A stretch of 34,659 bases of DNA from a virus (taxonomy: Duplodnaviria; Caudoviricetes). Every line of letters begins with the position of its first letter. Position 1 is the first letter of the stretch. The stretch covers positions 1 through 34,659 of the IMG/VR virus record IMGVR_UViG_3300032330_000130, one strand, 5' to 3'. A program made the position numbers and the translations under genes. Positions 29,360-34,659 of this stretch are shown here, in pieces. The notes under the pieces were generated by a model. That model was not told the origin of the DNA. It ran no database searches and saw nothing but the letters and a program-made list of their open reading frames with translations.

Positions 29360-29452
29360 TTACCCCCGCCATGCCAGCATTACGCCAATGCCGCCAAAGA
29401 TGACAATGGCTAAAAAGCATTCAACAAGGGTTTGAATAATTTTGTGTTTCAT
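29360..29452 (-). CDS. 30-aa single-TM membrane peptide (not in ORF track)
   Basis: MKHKIIQTLVECFLAIVIFGGIGVMLAWRG*; GAGG RBS, ATGA coupling. Confidence 0.65.
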   Translation of the reverse strand: MKHKIIQTLVECFLAIVIFGGIGVMLAWRG

Positions 29453-29706
29453 ATTGCCTCGCAAGTGTAAAAGTTACGTTTTGCCTCATCCATCAAACGC
29501 TTGTATTCGTCATTAGGAATGTCATAGGTAATGTCTTTGCCTTGTGCGTCAAACACAAACACATCAAACATTTCTGCAAAGTTGTGGTCATGTGGGTAAT
29601 TGTTTTCCTCTGGCAAGTGGTCATAGCCAACGGTCACGACTTCAATAGTCTCACCGTCATCAAATGAAACTGCGTCTTGAAAGCTGTGTTGAAGATTGTG
29701 TTTCAT
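29449..29706 (-). CDS. Acidic hypothetical protein
   Basis: Start MKHNLQ with GAGGA RBS. Confidence 0.65.
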   Translation of the reverse strand: MKHNLQHSFQDAVSFDDGETIEVVTVGYDHLPEENNYPHDHNFAEMFDVFVFDAQGKDITYDIPNDEYKRLMDEAKRNFYTCEAI

Positions 29707-29716
29707 GGTTTTATCC

Positions 29717-29977
29717 TCAAGCAAACTTATTGATAAATGCGTTTAACTTGCGGACTTGATCACGCGCAGACTTTTGAAATTCGTCACCGTTTTCACCAAT
29801 GTAATCCTCATTGTTTAAGTGACCAGCCTCATGGAAACAACTAAGAATGTATTTGGCTTCATGCACAATTTGTGCGTCTGTGTAATCGTTGATTTCTTTT
29901 TTATCGTCTTGAGAAATTTGCTGTAGGTTGTTAGCTAATTCGTCAATTGACATTGCTGATTTGATGATTGAGCGCAT
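29717..29977 (-). CDS. Hypothetical early protein
   Basis: Start MRSIIK with AAGGAAATC RBS; first gene after a consensus promoter. Confidence 0.7.
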   Translation of the reverse strand: MRSIIKSAMSIDELANNLQQISQDDKKEINDYTDAQIVHEAKYILSCFHEAGHLNNEDYIGENGDEFQKSARDQVRKLNAFINKFA

Positions 29978-30021
29978 TTTGATTTCCTTTAAAAAGACCC
30001 CATAAATTTGGGGCATGATGA

Positions 30022-30051
30022 ATTATAAGTTATCTTATAAAGAAGTGTCAA
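30022..30051 (-). promoter_or_regulatory. Leftward sigma70 promoter with an overlapping palindromic operator
   Basis: TTGACA-18 bp-TATAAT on the minus strand; TTATAAG-TTAT-CTTATAA at 30023-30040. Confidence 0.8.
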
Positions 30052-30105
30052 CACTTTTTTTAAATATTTTTAAATTATTTTTTGGGGGACTAAGCCCCCG
30101 TTTGA

Positions 30106-30351
30106 TTAACCTAACAAAGCCGCCAAATGTTCTGGTGAACCCTCACGGTACACACCGCCAACAAATGCGTAATAAGTAACGCCTTTGGCACTCATTAACA
30201 CGCCCACAGCAGGGTGCAAGTCTGTGCGTGGTGTGAACTTGGCAATTTTGGCGGCTTGGGCGGCATTGGCTTTAGCAAAACGTGCTTCAAACGCATCGTT
30301 TTCATTGCGCTTTTGTGCCATTGCATCAGAAAGAGTTTTAATTTGTGTCAT
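30106..30351 (-). CDS. Hypothetical early protein
   Basis: AAGGAAATC RBS; first gene after the second leftward promoter. Confidence 0.7.
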   Translation of the reverse strand: MTQIKTLSDAMAQKRNENDAFEARFAKANAAQAAKIAKFTPRTDLHPAVGVLMSAKGVTYYAFVGGVYREGSPEHLAALLG

Positions 30352-30397
30352 TTGATTTCCTTAAAAGACCCTGTGCGATTTGCTAGGGCATGAATGA

Positions 30398-30425
30398 ATT
30401 ATAAGCCAACTTATGCAAAGGTCAA
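30398..30425 (-). promoter_or_regulatory. Second leftward sigma70 promoter with operator
   Basis: TTGACC-16 bp-TATAAT on the minus strand; ATAAG-CCAA-CTTAT at 30401-30414. Confidence 0.7.
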
Positions 30426-30474
30426 CAATTATTTTGTAGGGACAAACCCTAATGTTGCTTTTATACAAATGGTA

Positions 30475-30489
30475 TATAATTTAGCTTAT
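30475..30489 (+). promoter_or_regulatory. -10 box of the cro promoter with a third operator copy
   Basis: TATAAT at 30475-30480, ATAAT-TTAG-CTTAT at 30476-30489; ATG lies 7 nt after the -10 box. Confidence 0.6.
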
Positions 30490-30643
30490 GAATAAAGATA
30501 AGTTTATTGCACTAGCTGGCTCACAGAGTGATCTAGCCAAACTATTGGGGATAAAGCAACCAGCTATTTCCCAATGGAAGGCTGTGCCTATTGCAAGAAT
30601 TTGGCAATTAAAACTTTTAAAACCAGAATGGTTTGACAAATAA
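30488..30643 (+). CDS. cro: Cro-like HTH repressor, 51 aa (not in ORF track)
   Basis: MNKDKFIALAGSQSDLAKLLGIKQPAISQWKAVPIARIWQLKLLKPEWFDK*, N15/P22-Cro-like pattern. Confidence 0.9.
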   Translation: MNKDKFIALAGSQSDLAKLLGIKQPAISQWKAVPIARIWQLKLLKPEWFDK

Positions 30644-30659
30644 GAAAATTATGTATAAT
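30633..30659 (+). promoter_or_regulatory. Putative promoter for the structured RNA / replication operon
   Basis: TTGACA and TATAAT are both perfect but only 15 bp apart. Confidence 0.5.
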
Positions 30660-30665
30660 CCAAAC

Positions 30666-30819
30666 CGTCTGAGTGGCATCGGACGAGCGAAACCAATTGA
30701 GAACCCCATAGATTTCTGTGTGGTCTTGCCTGACAACAGGCGAACTTTTGATTGGTTTCAATCGTTTGTTGTTGCTCTCGCCAAGAGCCAAGACCACAGA
30801 GCAATTTATGGGGTTTTTT
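30666..30819 (+). ncRNA. C4/CI-like cloverleaf RNA with upstream complementary target elements (attenuator candidate)
   Basis: Long stem AACCCCATA...TGGTCTTG / CAAGACCA...TATGGGGTT enclosing three hairpins, then a T-tract; upstream GAAACCAAT and loop TGGC are complementary to ATTGGTTTC and loop GCCA. Confidence 0.65.
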
Positions 30820-30987
30820 GCATTTGGCGGCTGTGCAATGCGGTACGTCGGTGGTTGCATCTAGGGATACCCTGTTACACGAGCGAACTAAAGCAGGGGC
30901 GGTGGGCGAAGGATAGAGCCGAGTGGTTTGGACGCAAGTCTAAGAAGTCTGTCCTATGCGATGCGATGACATGGCTCCGAAGGGAAG

Positions 30988-30996
30988 TTATCCACA
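30988..30996 (+). promoter_or_regulatory. Consensus DnaA box
   Basis: TTATCCACA in non-coding DNA ~70 bp upstream of the replication gene. Confidence 0.45.
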
Positions 30997-31064
30997 AGCA
31001 AAGCGATTGCTGTTTCACTACGGTAAGGCTTTGCTTTGCTCAAACAATCACCAAAGGGAAGTAA

Positions 31065-31463
31065 ATGCAAGACTTATTCGGTAATGAGATTCCTGAACAA
31101 CAAAAGAAAACAGATGAAGGGTTTGATGAATTCTGGTCTGCTTACCCCAAATGTTTTAGAAAAGGTGAGAAAGCCGCTTGCAAAAAGAAGTGGGCTGAGT
31201 CTTACTACTTTTCCCAAAAGCACATCATTTTAAAACACGTTCAATGGATGGCTACCACAGCGGCATGGTTGAAAGACAACGGGGCATTTATTCCAGCCCC
31301 CAAAGTTTATTTAAACCAACAGCGATGGGACGGTGCTGACGTTCCTGATTTAACGCCCAAATTCTTGATTGACCCCGCCTTGGCAAAGATAGAAGCTGAC
31401 AGCAAAAAAGCCGCACCTATGCCAGAACACATCAGGGCAAGACTTGCGGAATTACGCAAATGA
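31065..31463 (+). CDS. Replication-initiator-like protein (C-terminal domain only)
   Basis: FDEFWSAYPK....K.A..KKW and W....G.FIP.P..YLNQ.RW motifs; position after cro. Confidence 0.7.
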   Translation: MQDLFGNEIPEQQKKTDEGFDEFWSAYPKCFRKGEKAACKKKWAESYYFSQKHIILKHVQWMATTAAWLKDNGAFIPAPKVYLNQQRWDGADVPDLTPKFLIDPALAKIEADSKKAAPMPEHIRARLAELRK

Positions 31464-31693
31464 AAGATTTATTTGGTGACGAGGAATTTGATTGGAAAAC
31501 AGAATGGCAGGGAATGCCAGAGTTTATTCAAGATGATTTGTCAGAAATTCACAGCATTACAGTTCATTTTTTGACCACAGAAGACATGATTAAATTTTCT
31601 GAACTGATTGGCAAAAACATTACTTTTACAACTAAAAGCGTTTTGTTTCCAGTTACCCAAACAGAAAAAAAGGTGTGGATAGATGAATCCTAA
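31460..31693 (+). CDS. Small acidic partner of the glycosyltransferase
   Basis: EWQGMPEF.Q.D......I.VHF...ED...F..LI...IT..TKS..FP motif seen next to phage DNA-modification genes; overlaps the next gene. Confidence 0.7.
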   Translation: MKDLFGDEEFDWKTEWQGMPEFIQDDLSEIHSITVHFLTTEDMIKFSELIGKNITFTTKSVLFPVTQTEKKVWIDES

Positions 31694-32552
31694 ACACCCT
31701 GTTTACATTGTTTCCAAAGGGCGATGGGAGTCCCGGCTAACCAGCAAAGCGTTTGACGAAATGCAAATGCCTTATTTCATTGTTGTTGAGCAACAAGAAT
31801 ATGATAAATATGCCCAAGTAATTGACCCATCAAAAATTTTAATACTTGATAAACAATATTTGAAAGATTACGACACTTGCGACAATTTAGGAAACACGTT
31901 GGGGGTGGGGCCCGGTGCGGCTAGAAACTTCTGTTGGGATCATTCAATTTCCATTGGCGCTAAGTGGCATTGGGTACTGGATGACAACATTGATGGTTTT
32001 TGCCGCCTAAACCGCAACGAGCGCCACAAAGTCACTTCTGGAACAATATTTAAAATTGCAGAGGATTTTGTTGAGCGTTACGAAAATGTCTCTCAAGCTG
32101 GCTTTGAGTACCGTTTTTTTGCTGGTGGTAGCAGACGCAAAAAGCCGCCATTTCGCTTAAACACAAGGATTTATTCTTGCATTCTTAACCGCAATGATGT
32201 GCCTTACCGTTGGAGAGGACGCTACAACGAGGACACAGACCTTTCCTTACGAATGCTTAAAGATGGCTGGTGTACCGTATTGTTTCAATGTTTTTTGCAA
32301 AACAAAGCGGCAACACAAACCATCAAAGGTGGCAATACAGCAGAGTTTTATGAAAAAGAAGGAACACTTCCAAAATCACAAATGCTGGTTGATTTACATC
32401 CTGATATATCCAGATTGGCTTTTCGATATAGCAGACACCATCACCATGTTGATTACAGCGGATTCCAAAAAAACTTGTTAATAAAAAAACAAGGAATTGA
32501 AATTCCAACAGGCATTAACAATTATGGAATGAAATTAAATGACGCACCATGA
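31683..32552 (+). CDS. TET-associated/GREB1-type (TAGT) GT-A glycosyltransferase, putative DNA modification enzyme
   Basis: PVYIVSKGR, GPGAARNF.WDHS, HWVLDDNI, NTRIYSCIL, WRGRYNEDTDLSLR.LKDG, KGGNT, HHHVDY motifs. Confidence 0.8.
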   Translation: MNPKHPVYIVSKGRWESRLTSKAFDEMQMPYFIVVEQQEYDKYAQVIDPSKILILDKQYLKDYDTCDNLGNTLGVGPGAARNFCWDHSISIGAKWHWVLDDNIDGFCRLNRNERHKVTSGTIFKIAEDFVERYENVSQAGFEYRFFAGGSRRKKPPFRLNTRIYSCILNRNDVPYRWRGRYNEDTDLSLRMLKDGWCTVLFQCFLQNKAATQTIKGGNTAEFYEKEGTLPKSQMLVDLHPDISRLAFRYSRHHHHVDYSGFQKNLLIKKQGIEIPTGINNYGMKLNDAP

Positions 32553-32775
32553 AGCAAACAGAATTCTTGACCGAGCAAAAGAGGGGCAACAATTTAGCCA
32601 CTTTGTCATCACTAGAGCGCTTGAACTTACGGGAGACTATGAGGCAAACGGAAGCATTGGAATGGATCAGACGATTCAAAAAGAAAGCGTTGGAGGAGGG
32701 TGGCGGGGAAGCCCAATACTGGTGGCAACAGACCCTAGCGGACATTGCCAAAAAACGCGGACAACCAGCCGCTGA
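32539..32775 (+). CDS. Hypothetical protein
   Basis: EANRILDR.KEG......I.RALELTGD pattern; 3' half overlaps the next ORF. Confidence 0.5.
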   Translation: MTHHEANRILDRAKEGQQFSHFVITRALELTGDYEANGSIGMDQTIQKESVGGGWRGSPILVATDPSGHCQKTRTTSR

Positions 32776-32830
32776 TGACCTACGCCAAAGAATGAACAGG
32801 ATTAAAAATGAGACGAGCCGCAAGAGTTGA
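32549..32830 (+). CDS. Hypothetical protein (true start probably 32603 TTG or 32639 ATG)
   Basis: EALEWIRRF...WW......I.KKRG..AADDLR..MN pattern. Confidence 0.55.
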   Translation: MKQTEFLTEQKRGNNLATLSSLERLNLRETMRQTEALEWIRRFKKKALEEGGGEAQYWWQQTLADIAKKRGQPAADDLRQRMNRIKNETSRKS

Positions 32831-33074
32831 CGCAAATCAGGAACAGATCGTTTCAGCCCTGAGAGCCGCGGGCGCTTATGTGTGGATTATTTCTTTGCCT
32901 GTTGACCTTTTAGTTGGATTTCGCAATCACACATTCTTGGTGGAGATCAAAACAGATTCTAAAAAGCGTTTAACGGGCTTACAAGCCGATTTCTTTGAAA
33001 ACTGGTCTGGTAGTACGTTGGCGCGAATTGACAGCCCTGAAGCCGCCCTACGCATGATTGGAGTTATTAAATGA
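32808..33074 (+). CDS. VRR-NUC/PD-(D/E)XK nuclease (resolvase-like)
   Basis: RAARVDANQ..IV.ALR..G, PVDLLVG...LVEIK, LT..Q..F. Confidence 0.8.
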   Translation: MRRAARVDANQEQIVSALRAAGAYVWIISLPVDLLVGFRNHTFLVEIKTDSKKRLTGLQADFFENWSGSTLARIDSPEAALRMIGVIK

Positions 33075-33157
33075 GCAACAAAACAGCATGGGGAATGATT
33101 TTGTCTATTTTGTTGGCGTTTTGGGCGCTAATTGTTTTGTTTGTGAGGTCACTATGA
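33071..33157 (+). CDS. 28-aa single-TM peptide (not in ORF track)
   Basis: MSNKTAWGMILSILLAFWALIVLFVRSL*; GGAG RBS; ATGA-coupled on both sides. Confidence 0.55.
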   Translation: MSNKTAWGMILSILLAFWALIVLFVRSL

Positions 33158-33555
33158 TTTTTACCCTACACAACAGCCAACAAGCGCACACAGTATTAAA
33201 AGATTTGTGGCCCAAAATTAAAGAAACCTTGCAAGCTGGCAAGCAATTGCGTTTGGAAGTCAAAAAGGCAACCAGAAGCACAGACCAGAATGATATGTTT
33301 CACGCCCTGATTGACAAAGTTTATAAGGCAATGAAACTGGCTGGCTCAACATGGGTAGCAGACGATTGGAAGCGCCTTTTAATTGACCAATGGGCGCATG
33401 AGACAGGGCGCAAGATTGGCAAAGTAGCACCAAGCCTAGACGGTGAAAGAGTTGTTCAGTTAGGACTACAGAGCCACAAATTCACCGTTGAGGAAGGCTC
33501 AGAGTTTATTGAATGGCTATTGTGCTGGATGGCAGAAAAAGGAATAGAGACATGA
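33154..33555 (+). CDS. ninB: NinB/Orf recombination protein
   Basis: RSTDQN..FHA, DDWK.L, PSLDG..VV.LG..S.KF...E.SEFIE.L motifs; start MIFTL with GAGG RBS. Confidence 0.85.
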   Translation: MIFTLHNSQQAHTVLKDLWPKIKETLQAGKQLRLEVKKATRSTDQNDMFHALIDKVYKAMKLAGSTWVADDWKRLLIDQWAHETGRKIGKVAPSLDGERVVQLGLQSHKFTVEEGSEFIEWLLCWMAEKGIET

Positions 33556-33716
33556 AATTTAACCAAGGTGATACGGTGGACGGTCTTATAGAAGACTTGT
33601 TATATACCATCCACAAATACGATGAAGTTCTATACATGGCGACTGTTGTTGGCGCTTTAGAGTTTGTCAAATTACAGCTAATTTATGAAAGTAAGGAAAT
33701 TGCTAATGATGAATGA
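33552..33716 (+). CDS. Hypothetical protein
   Basis: ATGA-coupled; VVGALEFVKLQL helix. Confidence 0.55.
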   Translation: MKFNQGDTVDGLIEDLLYTIHKYDEVLYMATVVGALEFVKLQLIYESKEIANDE

Positions 33717-33867
33717 CAAGCCGCCAACAAGGGAAATGTGCTTAAAAATGGCAGAAATGTTGTTTAGTGATTTATTTATTAAACAAGCAGAGGAATTAGC
33801 TTGGAAATACTTGTTTATTTGGGCTATGTATGACCATTGGCTTGAAGAATATTGGATTGAAACATGA
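33706..33867 (+). CDS. Hypothetical protein
   Basis: AAGGA RBS before MMNDKPP; ATGA-coupled to the next gene. Confidence 0.5.
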   Translation: MMNDKPPTREMCLKMAEMLFSDLFIKQAEELAWKYLFIWAMYDHWLEEYWIET

Positions 33868-34094
33868 TGTGTCCAATTTGCGGCACACGCAAGAACAAAG
33901 TCTTAGACACAAGAGCAAACCCCGAATTTATCCTTAGAAGGCGGGAATGCAACAACTTTCACAAGTACCAAACCAAAGAATATGCAATATCTGAAACACC
34001 AGTATGTGAGAAGCCAGAAACTCCTAAAGCTAGTGGCGGCTCTCTCTTGTCAAAGCTGTGGCATGGACAATGGCATTCAGGCGGCTCACAGTAA
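33864..34094 (+). CDS. NrdR-N-like zinc-ribbon protein
   Basis: MCPICG....VLDTR......RRREC.N.H...T.E. Confidence 0.7.
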   Translation: MMCPICGTRKNKVLDTRANPEFILRRRECNNFHKYQTKEYAISETPVCEKPETPKASGGSLLSKLWHGQWHSGGSQ

Positions 34095-34302
34095 TTGGGG
34101 TGGCGGTAAGGGTAAGGGCATCAAGGCTGATGACAACCTAGTGGCGGCTTTGTGCCTTAAATGCCATTACGAAATAGATCAAGGGGCGCATCTATCCAAA
34201 GATGAGCGCAAAGATATGTGGCAAAAAGCCCACATTGCAACGGTTGAGGCACTTGGGGACAAATGGCCCGCAGAAGTGCCAATTCCTCACTTACCCTTGT
34301 GA
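33982..34302 (+). CDS. Zn-binding HNH-like nin-region protein (DUF968/DUF1364-like)
   Basis: RS.KLL..V..L.CQ.CG....QAAH...GKG.GIKADD...AALC..CH..ID. Confidence 0.75.
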   Translation: MQYLKHQYVRSQKLLKLVAALSCQSCGMDNGIQAAHSNWGGGKGKGIKADDNLVAALCLKCHYEIDQGAHLSKDERKDMWQKAHIATVEALGDKWPAEVPIPHLPL

Positions 34303-34457
34303 GCCTTGTCCAAGCCTTGAGCCTCATGTTGCTTCAATTCTTTTTCCACAGCTTTAATGCGGGACATTTCCTGACGATGCTCAGAGACTTTTTCGTAGTG
34401 CATAGGCTCACGGGGAGTTTTAGACTTTGCGGCTGTGATGATAAATTTTGAAGCCAT
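34287..34457 (-). CDS. Lone antisense small basic protein, 56 aa
   Basis: MASKFIITAAKSK... with AGGA RBS and its own putative promoter. Confidence 0.55.
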   Translation of the reverse strand: MASKFIITAAKSKTPREPMHYEKVSEHRQEMSRIKAVEKELKQHEAQGLDKAHKGK

Positions 34458-34480
34458 GATAAATCCTGTTAAAATGGTGA

Positions 34481-34512
34481 TTGACATTGTGCCACATAGC
34501 GCATAAAGTCAA
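34481..34512. promoter_or_regulatory. Overlapping divergent promoters (late rightward; leftward for the antisense gene)
   Basis: Plus strand TTGACA-17 bp-TAAAGT; minus strand TTGACT-15 bp-CACAAT with TG extension. Confidence 0.6.
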
Positions 34513-34540
34513 AACCATAAATTCTTTGCAAGGAAAAATC

Positions 34541-34659
34541 ATGGGAAAAGCTGATACAACAATGGCTAAAAGCACAACTGGCGCAACACCCCCTACAGGT
34601 GCGGCATCTTCTGACAAGTCTGGTGAGCGCATGGGTAAAACCGTGGGTGGCGTTGGCAT
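34541..34659 (+). CDS. 5' part of the junction-spanning small protein (continues to 185)
   Basis: AAGGA RBS, MGKADTTMAKSTTGATPP... Confidence 0.75.
   Translation, partial: MGKADTTMAKSTTGATPPTGAASSDKSGERMGKTVGGVG
34569..34659. repeat. Terminal direct repeat, right copy
   Basis: Matches 1..91 with 2 mismatches. Confidence 0.95.

Noticed and set aside
30084-30099. GGGGG/CCCCC hairpin as terminator of the leftward gene
   Set aside because: On the minus strand it is followed by an A-tract, not a U-tract; function unclear
26467-30351. Integrase, excisionase, CI repressor or att site
   Set aside because: No recombinase or S24-HTH repressor motifs in any ORF, and no host flanks, so not called a prophage
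30702-30815. Cloverleaf as a tRNA gene
   Set aside because: No TTC T-loop, D-loop GG or CCA end, and the arm lengths do not fit a tRNA
30916-30977. Group II intron domain V suggested by GAGCCG...GGCTC
   Set aside because: Too long, lacks the domain V geometry and domain VI, and no maturase or other intron domains are present
30633-31064. 143-aa ORF in the ORF track
   Set aside because: TTG start inside the -35 box, no RBS, unprotein-like W/C/R-rich composition; the region is better explained as structured non-coding sequence

Overview
The window looks like one complete, circularly permuted genome (~34,568 bp unique plus a 91-bp terminal overlap) of a tailed dsDNA phage with a P22-like (podovirus-type) virion. 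A proteobacterial host is likely, but this is an inference from gene content. The + strand late region runs from small basic proteins, GroES and a stand-alone ART-like protein through terS/terL, portal, scaffold, P22-gp5 coat, small virion proteins, two fibres, gp4/gp10-like adaptor and nozzle, three ejection proteins (one with an M15 peptidase) and a lysis cassette. A leftward early operon encodes Sak, HNH-AP2, YqaJ exonuclease and an SSB-like protein. The rightward early operon has cro, a ~400-nt structured non-coding tract, a short replication-initiator-like protein, a TAGT/GREB1-type glycosyltransferase cassette and nin-like genes. I found no integrase, CI repressor, polymerase, helicase/primase, tRNA or CRISPR. 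The best unexplained signals are: a pseudoknot-like element between terS and terL; a C4/CI-like cloverleaf attenuator followed by a structured tract with a DnaA box ahead of a headless initiator; a TET-less glycosyltransferase cassette whose partner shares an N-terminal DLF motif with the initiator; a loop-E hairpin after ssb; and apparent genome-wide avoidance of CCWGG/GCWGC/GGWCC. All calls are from motif recognition by eye; no searches were run.
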